Positions 29,418 to 38,222 of a DNA stretch of 61,453 bases are shown here, piece after piece. This DNA comes from Lachnospiraceae bacterium. Lineage in GTDB: Bacteria > Bacillota > Clostridia > Lachnospirales > Lachnospiraceae. The first letter of the stretch is position 1. Every line of letters starts with the position of its first letter. The notes beneath the pieces were generated by a model. That model searched no databases, was not told where the DNA came from, and saw only the letters and a program-made list of their open reading frames with translations. Both the position numbers and the translations under genes were made by a program. Where the stretch lies: assembly GCA_022781395.1 (NCBI GenBank), contig JALETS010000093.1, positions 1 through 61,453 of the forward strand, written 5' to 3'.

Positions 29418-29921
29418 TTACTGCTTATCGACTGCCTGCGTAATATATTCCTCAACCTGTTCTTTCGGAATGGAGAGCGCAAGAGACATTTCGCTATAAA
29501 GAAGTTCTTCCGCTTTACGGAGATACTGCTCATCAGAAGAAAGTACCTTCTTTCCTTCCTTCAACCGATTCTGCTTACGAAGATACAGCGTCTTGATGAT
29601 CTGCACCAGACTCTTACAATCATAGGTGCGGATTGCTTCCTTATACATCTGCTCCCGGCGTTTTTCTTCCTGAATCCAGACAGTATCAATCAATTTGATA
29701 TGTTCAATCAGATCTTCCGCTTCTTCCTTATTCATAATTTTACGCATGATAACTTTATCATTATCTACCGGAGTATAAATCGTACTGCCTTTTACAAAAA
29801 CCGGCTCCAACAAGTAATACTTTCTTCTCTTGTCCAGCCGGTCAATCGGATTATCCACAATATCAACAACGCGGCAGACACCGTGTCCGCCGCACATAAT
29901 CAACTCATCTTTCTCAAACAT
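29418..29921 (-). CDS. CarD-like transcriptional regulator
   Basis: 'MFEKDELIMCGGHGVCRV', 'AEELLYSEMSLAL'; GGAGG RBS. Confidence 0.85.
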   Translation of the reverse strand: MFEKDELIMCGGHGVCRVVDIVDNPIDRLDKRRKYYLLEPVFVKGSTIYTPVDNDKVIMRKIMNKEEAEDLIEHIKLIDTVWIQEEKRREQMYKEAIRTYDCKSLVQIIKTLYLRKQNRLKEGKKVLSSDEQYLRKAEELLYSEMSLALSIPKEQVEEYITQAVDKQ

Positions 29922-30107
29922 ATCTTCCTCCAAAAATAAAAACCAAAACGCCGCCGATATTTTCCTTACTATATATTAGTGTAGCATTTTATTTTGAAGG
30001 TCGTAAGTATTTTTGAAAGTCAGATTTTATTTTCGGCACTTTGCCGATCACACGAACTCCAATTTTTGTGAAAAATCTCTAAATACCTTTTGTCCTAATC
30101 TGTCAGT

Positions 30108-30710
30108 TTATCTGGTACTGAAATTGTCACAGATAAAACGGGTTTCTTTCATGGGGTAAATACGGATCAAAATTCCTTTCAGTAATCCCTGGGATTCAAA
30201 GTGACACACTACGAGGGTCATCTCATCTCCCGCAAAAGGAAGAAAATCTATCTGGTCAATGTCTACCGCCTGCTGCACTAAGGTGGTCTTGGGCGGATTG
30301 ATATCTACAGTCTTGTGAATCATCTCTGTCAGTGCAATTGCAGAGGCCCCCATCATCTGATTCATGACCTCCGCTACGCAGGACAGATGCATCTCATTCA
30401 AGTCTCCTTCTGCGGCCACACCGGTGCCACCCATCATGAGGTCCATGATGACCTTAATATCATTTGCTTTCATCATTAACAGGTTATTGCCATCAAAATC
30501 ATCTTTGAAATCTATCTGCACTGTAACACTTCCCATTCCGAAGGCCGTCAGAATATTCTTGATATCTGCACTGTTAACTACTTTGACCATGGGTACCTGA
30601 ATCCTGATTTCTCTGCCAATCATCATATTCAGGGCAGTCACGGAATGTGCCATACAGATTTGGGCAACTTCTGCCATTTTATCTTGATCTTTCGGTGATA
30701 ATGCTCCCAT
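30108..30710 (-). CDS. CheC/FliY-like CheY-P phosphatase (stand-alone)
   Basis: 'SCVAEVMNQMMGASA', 'VDINPP'; first repeat reads 'DKMAEVAQI'. Confidence 0.8.
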   Translation of the reverse strand: MGALSPKDQDKMAEVAQICMAHSVTALNMMIGREIRIQVPMVKVVNSADIKNILTAFGMGSVTVQIDFKDDFDGNNLLMMKANDIKVIMDLMMGGTGVAAEGDLNEMHLSCVAEVMNQMMGASAIALTEMIHKTVDINPPKTTLVQQAVDIDQIDFLPFAGDEMTLVVCHFESQGLLKGILIRIYPMKETRFICDNFSTR

Positions 30711-30810
30711 ATTTTCTACATTTCCTTCTCTGAAGTTCCCTTTTACCCTATCGTTGTTTCTTACTTTAACTATACCCTATTTACCGTACTTCATGCAATC
30801 ATTTTATCAA

Positions 30811-32577
30811 CTATTTTAACTCATTGGCCGTCACATAGAAGTGATGATAAATTCCGTTCTGTGCCAGCAGGCTTTCATGCGTTCCCTCTTCCACAATTCC
30901 TTCCTCTGTCAGCACAAGAATCCGGTCGGAATTACGGATACTGGACAGACGGTGGGCAATGGTAATGGTTGTTCTTCCTTTCGCAAGTGCTTCCAGAGAT
31001 TTTGCCACCTGAAATTCACTCTCATTATCCAATGCAGAAGTTGCCTCATCCATAATAAGAATCGGAGGGTTCTTGAGAAAAACCCTGGCAATACTGATAC
31101 GTTGCTTCTGTCCCCCGGAGAGCTTTACACCCCGCTCTCCCACATAAGTATCATAACCATCCTTAAGCGCCGTAATGAACTCATGGGCACCGGCACGTTT
31201 GGCCGCCTCTGTCACTTCCTCTTTGGTTGCATTCTCCTTACCATAAGCAATATTTTCATAAACCGTTCCCGAGAATAAGTAAACATCCTGCTGTACCATA
31301 CCAATATTCTGTCGCAGACTCTTCAACGTATAATGGCGGATATTCTCCCCATCTAACAGAATCTCTCCTTCATCAATATCGTAAAACCTGGGAATCAGGT
31401 TGCACAATGTTGTCTTACCGCCACCGGAAGGGCCCACAATCGCAATCTTCTCTCCTGAATGAATATCCAGATTCAATCCTCTGAAGACCACATTATGATC
31501 ATCCGGGTATTCAAAGCTCACATTATGGAAAGAGATATTTCCCTGCGGATTTACACAGTCTACCGCATCCGGTTCATCAAAAATCTCTATATCACTGTCC
31601 ATAATCTGTACGAACCGCTCAATTCCCGTCATACCACGCTGAAACTGTTCTGCAAATTCAATAATCCTGCGGATAGTCGCAATCAGGGTAGTCACATACA
31701 TGACATAAGCCACCAGATCACCCGGGGCAATCTTACCTTTGACCATAAAAATGCCGCCTGCTACCAGAAGCACCAGATACATCAAGCCGTCAAAGGCTCT
31801 TGTGGTCGTCTGAAAGGCCGCCATAAACTTATAAGTCTCTTTTTTCAGAGAGAAGAATTTGGCATTGTCTTCTTCAAACTTCTCCTTCTCTTTCTCCTCA
31901 TTGGTAAAAGCCTTTACAACTTTCTGCCCTAACAGACTGTCTTCAATTCTGGCATTTAATTCTCCGATCTGTACACGCTGCTTACGGAATGCCTCTCTCA
32001 TACGCAAATTAATAATGATACAGGTAACTGCCATCACCGGCACAACTGCAAAGATAATGACCGTGAGGCCCACACTGATCTGCGCCAGAATAATAAAGGA
32101 AATAACCGCCTTTAACCCTGCAATAAAAAATTCCTCCGGACAGTGATGGGAAAATTCCGTTACATCGAACAGATCATTGGTAATACGCCCCATAATCTGT
32201 CCCACCTTAGTATTATTATAGTAAGTGTCGGACAGCTTCTGCAGATGCGCATAAGCATCCCGGCGCATATCTGTTTCAATCTTGGTTCCCATTACATGCC
32301 CGGTATATGCCATGTAAAAGTTGGCCAGCGTATCAACAATACGAAGACACAAATATAATATCCCTAACCGTAAGATTATTGCCACTGTGAGAGAAGCCAA
32401 ATCATTCATTCCCGTATTCGTAATATACCGGATAATCATCGGCAGTACCAGCTCGCAAATGGTAGTCAGCCCTGCACAGAAAAGATCAATTACAACAATT
32501 TTCCAGTATTTCCCGTAGTATGGAAGAAACCTCTTAAGTAACTCTCCTGACTTATAGGTTTTGCTATCTGCCTGCAT
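30811..32577 (-). CDS. ABC exporter, fused permease/ATP-binding protein
   Basis: TM domain then 'GPSGGGKTT', 'LSGGQKQR', 'MDEATSALD', 'IAHRL'. Confidence 0.95.
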   Translation of the reverse strand: MQADSKTYKSGELLKRFLPYYGKYWKIVVIDLFCAGLTTICELVLPMIIRYITNTGMNDLASLTVAIILRLGILYLCLRIVDTLANFYMAYTGHVMGTKIETDMRRDAYAHLQKLSDTYYNNTKVGQIMGRITNDLFDVTEFSHHCPEEFFIAGLKAVISFIILAQISVGLTVIIFAVVPVMAVTCIIINLRMREAFRKQRVQIGELNARIEDSLLGQKVVKAFTNEEKEKEKFEEDNAKFFSLKKETYKFMAAFQTTTRAFDGLMYLVLLVAGGIFMVKGKIAPGDLVAYVMYVTTLIATIRRIIEFAEQFQRGMTGIERFVQIMDSDIEIFDEPDAVDCVNPQGNISFHNVSFEYPDDHNVVFRGLNLDIHSGEKIAIVGPSGGGKTTLCNLIPRFYDIDEGEILLDGENIRHYTLKSLRQNIGMVQQDVYLFSGTVYENIAYGKENATKEEVTEAAKRAGAHEFITALKDGYDTYVGERGVKLSGGQKQRISIARVFLKNPPILIMDEATSALDNESEFQVAKSLEALAKGRTTITIAHRLSSIRNSDRILVLTEEGIVEEGTHESLLAQNGIYHHFYVTANELK

Positions 32578-32640
32578 CTTAATAGTGCTCCTTTATCAAT
32601 ATTAAAATTATAATACTACAAAGTCTCCGAAAAGTCATAT

Positions 32641-32674
32641 GCGGACATCTACCTTTTCAAAAGTAAATGCCCGC
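32641..32674 (-). terminator. Hairpin downstream of ahcY
   Basis: GCGGACATCTAC..GTAAATGCCCGC imperfect inverted repeat. Confidence 0.45.
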
Positions 32675-32736
32675 AATCTTTGTTTCATTTTATCTGTTCA
32701 TGCCAAAATCCTAATGCCGAAACATCTTATACAGTC

Positions 32737-33984
32737 TTACAGTGCATAGCTGTTTAGATATTTCTCCTGCTCCGGTGTCAGTACATCAATTTCTTTGCCA
32801 AGGAATGCCAATTTACGTCTTGCCACATCCTTGTCTACTTCTTCCGGTACATCGATCAGCTTCTCTGTCAGTTCACCGGCATGTTCTACCAGATATTTTG
32901 CAGACAGTGCCTGAATTGCAAAGCTCATATCCATGATTTCTGCCGGATGACCGTCACCCGCTGCCAGATTAACAAGCCTGCCCTCTGCCAATACGAAAAT
33001 CCACTGCCCGGTAGGCAGCTTATATCCCATAATATTCTTGCGCTGCTCTCTGATTTCTACCGCATTTGCCTTTAACCATGCCATATCGATTTCACAGTCA
33101 AAGTGACCTGCATTACAGAGAATTGCGCCTTCTTTCATTTCAGCGAAATCTTCCTTATCAATAACTCCGTCACAGCCTGTTACGGTTACGAAGAAGTCAC
33201 CCACTTTGGCCGCTTCCTTCATAGGCATTACATCAAATCCGTCCATAACTGCCTCGATTGCCTTAATAGGATCAATCTCTGTCACAATAACTCTTGCACC
33301 CAGACCTTTTGCTCTCATGGCCGTACCTTTACCGCACCAGCCATATCCTGCTACCACTACGATCTTGCCTGCCACGATCAGATTAGTCGTTCTGTTGATA
33401 CCATCCCATACGGACTGTCCCGTACCATATCTGTTATCAAAGAAATGCTTACATGCCGCATTGTTAACGCGAACCATCGGGAATTTTAATTCTCCCGCTT
33501 TATTCATTGCCTCCAGACGGATAATACCGGTAGTAGTCTCCTCGCAGCCGCCGATGATATTCGGTATCAGATGCTGCATCTCCTTATGCACCATATTTAC
33601 AAGATCGCCGCCATCATCAATAATGATATTAGGCCCTGCGGATAATACCGCACGAATATGATTCTCATACTCCTCCGGTGTGGCATCATACCATGCATGC
33701 ACCTCAAGTCCTGCTTTCACAAGGGCTGCTGCCACATCATCCTGTGTGGATAACGGATTGGAACCTGTCACATACATATCAGCCCCACCTGCTGCCAGTA
33801 CCAGACACAGATATGCTGTTTTGGCCTCAAGATGAACAGATAAGGTTATCTTCTTGCCTGCAAAAGGTTTGTTCTCACTAAATTCCTTCTCCAGTGTACG
33901 GAGCAGATCACAATTTCTCTTAACCCACTCAATCTTTCTCTCACCGGATTCGGCAAGATTAATGTCTCTGATTTCGCTACTCAT
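32737..33984 (-). CDS. ahcY: Adenosylhomocysteinase (short archaeal/Thermotoga-like type)
   Basis: 'SNPLSTQD', 'IIDDGGD', 'EETTTG', 'FDNRYG', 'GYGWCGKG', 'NAGHFD', 'GRLVNL..GHP'. Confidence 0.96.
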   Translation of the reverse strand: MSSEIRDINLAESGERKIEWVKRNCDLLRTLEKEFSENKPFAGKKITLSVHLEAKTAYLCLVLAAGGADMYVTGSNPLSTQDDVAAALVKAGLEVHAWYDATPEEYENHIRAVLSAGPNIIIDDGGDLVNMVHKEMQHLIPNIIGGCEETTTGIIRLEAMNKAGELKFPMVRVNNAACKHFFDNRYGTGQSVWDGINRTTNLIVAGKIVVVAGYGWCGKGTAMRAKGLGARVIVTEIDPIKAIEAVMDGFDVMPMKEAAKVGDFFVTVTGCDGVIDKEDFAEMKEGAILCNAGHFDCEIDMAWLKANAVEIREQRKNIMGYKLPTGQWIFVLAEGRLVNLAAGDGHPAEIMDMSFAIQALSAKYLVEHAGELTEKLIDVPEEVDKDVARRKLAFLGKEIDVLTPEQEKYLNSYAL

Positions 33985-34091
33985 TGTAAATAGTTTCCTC
34001 CTTAAAATTAATCAGCCGAATTTTTATTATAGTGATGGTCGTCTGTCCTATCATCACTTATAGAAATCCACATTCGTGAATTACTTACTCA

Positions 34092-35312
34092 TTAGAAAAA
34101 CATATCCTTATACCAGCACATTGTTTCCGTATATGCTTCATACACCGTATTAACATTTATATCCTTAACAATAAGCTGCCGGCATACCTCCTGCCAGTCT
34201 GCATTCTCATAAGCTACGATGAAATCATACAGTATTGCAAATTCACCCTTATGATATACCAGTGCATCTGAAATCTCTTTGGAAACATTGACTTTCTTGA
34301 GCGCCTCATCCATTGTCATATTCAAAATGATATCCAATACAGAGAACAATCCCATTAAGAATAATTCTGATGACTTCATTGCCAGTCCGAAGCTGGGAGC
34401 AAGACATTCCGCAAATTTTGCTCTTAACAGGGAAAGTCTTGAAATCTCGTTTGGCCTGTCCGCACACAGTTCCTTGGTAATCACGGTATTGATCCATCTC
34501 TTCAGTTCCTTCTGTCCGAGAATGGCAGCTGCATGTCTGATGGAAGTAACCTCAGAATTGATCGCAATACGGTTTACTACCTTAAGCAGCTCTACGACCA
34601 GTGCTGTATCCCGCCCGATAATATCTGCTGCCTGCGTCAATTCATAATCCTTGTCATTGACAATGTTCATTAATTCCAGATAGTTTACCTTAAGAGGTGC
34701 AACCTCTGTTTCACCCTTAGTAATAGGAATACGGTAAAATCTTCCTTCAAAAAGCCAGAAACTCTCATCATCCTTCAGGTAATCAAACATCTCCTGATTG
34801 TCTACATTACCTACGCAGATCTTGATATTAGGATAAAGCTTGCTGAAATAAATCTTAGCCTTCTTTACATCTACCTTCTTGCAGTCTAAGATGATATAAT
34901 CCATCAGCGCAAGAATCTCCTTATTCTGCTCAAACGCGGAAACGGGAAGCTTGCGGATGGCCAGCTTATAGCCCTCCTGCTTCAACTGTGTCAGACGCTT
35001 CTGATAAGTTTCATTGTTCTGAATCGCATCATCTAACAATAATACCAGTCTGCCACGCATGGAACCTGTTTGTGATTCAATGTCAGAGAAAACGGATATA
35101 GGTCCTACAGGAACAAAGACATCTGTTCCCGGAGAAAGCGTATCAATACCGATCTTCTGTATAATGTCCAGACCACTTACCGTGGCTGCACCATCATTCC
35201 TGGCTGAACCCTGCATCGCCGGATTCAACAGATAATTATCTCTCTGTGAAAACAGTGAATAGGCACACACCTTCATATCTTTATCAAAAAAAGGTATTAA
35301 AGTTGCTAACAT
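34092..35312 (-). CDS. EAL-like plus HDOD domain protein (YuxH/PdeH-like architecture, degenerate EAL)
   Basis: HDOD 'IIGRDTAL..LLKVVN..VTSIRHAAAILG', 'RAKFAE', 'FLMGLFSVLD'; N-terminal 'CAYSLF' in place of the EAL/ELL motif. Confidence 0.85.
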   Translation of the reverse strand: MLATLIPFFDKDMKVCAYSLFSQRDNYLLNPAMQGSARNDGAATVSGLDIIQKIGIDTLSPGTDVFVPVGPISVFSDIESQTGSMRGRLVLLLDDAIQNNETYQKRLTQLKQEGYKLAIRKLPVSAFEQNKEILALMDYIILDCKKVDVKKAKIYFSKLYPNIKICVGNVDNQEMFDYLKDDESFWLFEGRFYRIPITKGETEVAPLKVNYLELMNIVNDKDYELTQAADIIGRDTALVVELLKVVNRIAINSEVTSIRHAAAILGQKELKRWINTVITKELCADRPNEISRLSLLRAKFAECLAPSFGLAMKSSELFLMGLFSVLDIILNMTMDEALKKVNVSKEISDALVYHKGEFAILYDFIVAYENADWQEVCRQLIVKDINVNTVYEAYTETMCWYKDMFF

Positions 35313-35447
35313 ATTGCAATCCCCCTTTGATTACATTATTTTTTCTAGCATAGTATCAGTATAGCAAATTTTGTATTCTTTTGCCATCATAAAATATCCC
35401 CGGGCGCTAGTAAATAAGCCCTATATATTCTAACTTCCCTGCAGCAC

Positions 35448-36749
35448 TTAATACTTCTTCTTATCCAGTCCCATTCGCTCAATGATCTGCTGGATCTTAC
35501 GATACACTAACTGCTCATTCATGGTCAATATCCTGCGATTCTCCATAGTGATCTTACCGTTAATAATGACAGTGTCCACCTCGGAACCATTGGCAGAATA
35601 AGATAATCCCGCAATCAGATTATTTCTTGGTGTCAGCGATGGTGTATTCAGGTCAAGAATCGCCAGATCAGCTTTCTTGCCAACTTCAATAGAACCTATT
35701 TCCTTCTCAAGTCCCAATGCCCTGGCACCGTTAATGGTAGCGATCCGGAATCCCTCTTTGGCACTGACACACTGTGGAGTCTTACCGGTTCCCTTATGGA
35801 TCAGCGTAAGCAGACTCAGTTCATGAAACATATTCAGACAGTTATTGCTGGCGGCACCATCTGTTCCAAGACAGACATTGATTCCCTTCTCCAGCATCCT
35901 TCCAATCGGTGCGAAACCGTTACCCAGCTTCATATTGCTGGCAGGATTGGTTACTACACTGACATTCTTTCTGACCAGAATATCCATGTCTTCCTCTGTG
36001 ACCTGTACGCAGTGGGCTGCAATAGCCGGCACATCAAAGATACCGCACTTTTCAGCCAATGCAATCGGTGTACAGCCGTATTTCTCCTGTATCTGCTCTA
36101 TCTCACTGACACTCTCGGATAAGTGAACATGAATACCCATGTTCTCCTTTTTCGCCTCTTGCGCCACAATCTTTAAGAACGCATCATCACAGGTATAAGG
36201 CGCATGAGGTCCTAACCGAAAAGTCAGCCTGTCGCAATCCCTTGCTGCATCCCTCTCTTCATATGCCTGACGAAGACGCATCTGTCCTGCCTCATCATTA
36301 CCGCTGCCAACCAGTCCTCTGCAAATGACAGCCCGCATACCGGATTCCTTAACCGCTCTGGTAGTCTGATGGATATTCATCTGCATATCGTTAAAGCAGG
36401 TTGTACCGCTTTTCATCATCTCGATGATCGCCAGATTGGCGCCCCAATAAGTATCCTCATCCGTCATCTGCTGCTCGATCGGATCTATCGTTCCGAAAAG
36501 CCAGTCCATAAACGAAAGGTCATCTGCCACATTCCTCATGAAAGACATATAAGAATGGGTATGACAGTTGATCAGGCCGGGGATTACCAGCTTATCCTTC
36601 CCGTCGATAACTTTGTCCTCTGTGAAACCTTCCGGCGCATCGCCAATCGCCGCAATCTTATCTCCCTCTATGTAAATGCTTGTTTCCTGAATAACATCCT
36701 CGGCACCCTGTGGCAGAATTGCCAGTGCGTTTTTAATAACGATTCCCAT
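35448..36749 (-). CDS. mtaD: 5'-methylthioadenosine/S-adenosylhomocysteine deaminase family amidohydrolase
   Basis: 'PGLINCHTH', 'GPHAPYTC', 'HVHLSES', 'AAHCV', 'NPASNMKL', 'GTDGAASNN'. Confidence 0.8.
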   Translation of the reverse strand: MGIVIKNALAILPQGAEDVIQETSIYIEGDKIAAIGDAPEGFTEDKVIDGKDKLVIPGLINCHTHSYMSFMRNVADDLSFMDWLFGTIDPIEQQMTDEDTYWGANLAIIEMMKSGTTCFNDMQMNIHQTTRAVKESGMRAVICRGLVGSGNDEAGQMRLRQAYEERDAARDCDRLTFRLGPHAPYTCDDAFLKIVAQEAKKENMGIHVHLSESVSEIEQIQEKYGCTPIALAEKCGIFDVPAIAAHCVQVTEEDMDILVRKNVSVVTNPASNMKLGNGFAPIGRMLEKGINVCLGTDGAASNNCLNMFHELSLLTLIHKGTGKTPQCVSAKEGFRIATINGARALGLEKEIGSIEVGKKADLAILDLNTPSLTPRNNLIAGLSYSANGSEVDTVIINGKITMENRRILTMNEQLVYRKIQQIIERMGLDKKKY

Positions 36750-36763
36750 GTTTATCTCCCCTC

Positions 36764-37735
36764 CTATGGATTTACAATGTTTCTATCCTGCCCTGCAAGA
36801 AATGCCTCAATATTCTTTACCACTTCTTCCACCAGACGATTTCTGGATTCTGTACTTGCCCAGGACATATGCGGTGTAATAATCAGCTTCGTACTGTCCT
36901 TAATTTCCGCAAGCGGATTATCCATTGCCATAGGCTCTTTCTCCAGAACATCTAACCCCGCTGCCGCAATCTGTCCCTCCATCAGTGCATCGTAAAGATC
37001 CTGCGTATTGACCACCGGCCCACGGGCTACATTGATTAAAACTGCCGTATTCTTCATCTTTGCAAAAGCTTCCCTATTCATCAAATGTCTGGTTCTGTCA
37101 CTGAGCGGACAGTGAAGAGACAGAATATCTGACTCCTGTAAAAGCGTATCAAACTCAACCCTCTCATACTCCGTACAACTGCTTTTACCGGAAGCAGAAT
37201 AGAAAATTACCCGGCAGCCAAAAGCCTCCGCTAAAGATGCCACCTTATGTCCTATGGTTCCCATACCGACGATACCCCAGGTCTTACCCTCCAGCTCCGT
37301 AAACGCTCTGTCAAAATTGGAAAAACGCTCCTGGGCACTGTAAACACCTGATTTCACATAATTGTCATAAAAAGCCAGCTTCTCTGACAATACCATGGCA
37401 AGCAGCAACGTATGCTGAGCTACTGCAGGCGTACAATAATTTACCACGTTTGCTACTTTAATACCCCGGCTTTTACAATATGCCAGATCCACATTATCAA
37501 ATCCCGTAGCAAACAGGCAGATCAGTTTCACATTAGGTGCATCCTTTAAGGTCGTTTCATTCATCGGCGCTTTATTAACAATAATAATGTCTGCGTCCTT
37601 AACCCGTTCTGCAGTATTTGCCGCCACCGTATTCGGATAATAGGTTACCTCTCCAAACTTCTCATAGCAGCTTACATCGATGTCTGTTCCGACGCTGTCT
37701 CTCTCTAATACAACCAGTTTCATAGTGTCCTCCAT
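36764..37735 (-). CDS. D-2-hydroxyacid dehydrogenase (glycerate dehydrogenase-like)
   Basis: 'ATGFDNVD', 'GIVGMGTIG', 'HCPL', 'INVARG', 'DVLEKEP', 'TPHMSW'. Confidence 0.92.
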   Translation of the reverse strand: MEDTMKLVVLERDSVGTDIDVSCYEKFGEVTYYPNTVAANTAERVKDADIIIVNKAPMNETTLKDAPNVKLICLFATGFDNVDLAYCKSRGIKVANVVNYCTPAVAQHTLLLAMVLSEKLAFYDNYVKSGVYSAQERFSNFDRAFTELEGKTWGIVGMGTIGHKVASLAEAFGCRVIFYSASGKSSCTEYERVEFDTLLQESDILSLHCPLSDRTRHLMNREAFAKMKNTAVLINVARGPVVNTQDLYDALMEGQIAAAGLDVLEKEPMAMDNPLAEIKDSTKLIITPHMSWASTESRNRLVEEVVKNIEAFLAGQDRNIVNP

Positions 37736-37848
37736 ATATATTTTTCAGTTTATTATTAAAATCTTTAAACGATTCCCAATGACCGCACCTATTACACTTG
37801 TGAAAAACAGAGAAAAGAGAATCAATTATTAGATAACTGTCTGACCTT

Positions 37849-37877
37849 ATTATATGCTATACACGAGGATTTAGCAA
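37849..37877 (-). promoter_or_regulatory. sigmaA promoter of dehydrogenase-mtaD unit
   Basis: TTGCTA-17 bp-TATAAT. Confidence 0.65.
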
Positions 37878-37962
37878 TTTCATCTTTTCTCTGCTCGATA
37901 TAAAAGGTATTTTGGAATCTAAGGGCGAAACTGCCCATCGTGCGAACTGCACATGGATTCAA

Positions 37963-38019
37963 AAATAGAGTTGCCCAAACCTTGAAAGACTCTCTCCATG
38001 GTTTTGAACAACCCTATTT
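37963..38019. terminator. Imperfect inverted repeat after the feo operon
   Basis: AAATAGAGTTGCCCAAACC..GGTTTTGAACAACCCTATTT. Confidence 0.45.
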
Positions 38020-38053
38020 TATTTAATTATTATTGTAATGTCAACTGTTGGTT

Positions 38054-38194
38054 TCATCCGTGACAACCGCCGCCGCAACGGCTGCAATCACCACCGCATT
38101 GAAGCGATTTACCTGCTTTTTTATCTTTGACCATGCTGCGGATAGCAAGCCCCACAGCACACGCTACTATCAGAAGTACGATTGCTGTTCCCAT
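38054..38194 (-). CDS. FeoB-associated Cys-rich membrane protein (46 aa)
   Basis: Manual translation MGTAIVLLIVACAVGLAIRSMVKDKKAGKSLQCGGDCSRCGGGCHG; GAGG RBS; below the ORF-track cutoff. Confidence 0.9.
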   Translation of the reverse strand: MGTAIVLLIVACAVGLAIRSMVKDKKAGKSLQCGGDCSRCGGGCHG

Positions 38195-38222
38195 TTTTCA
38201 AACCTCGATTCTATCTATAATA

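Noticed and set aside
33985-34091. SAH or SAM riboswitch upstream of ahcY
   Set aside because: Only a single imperfect hairpin (about 34029-34060); no S-box or SAH consensus recognised
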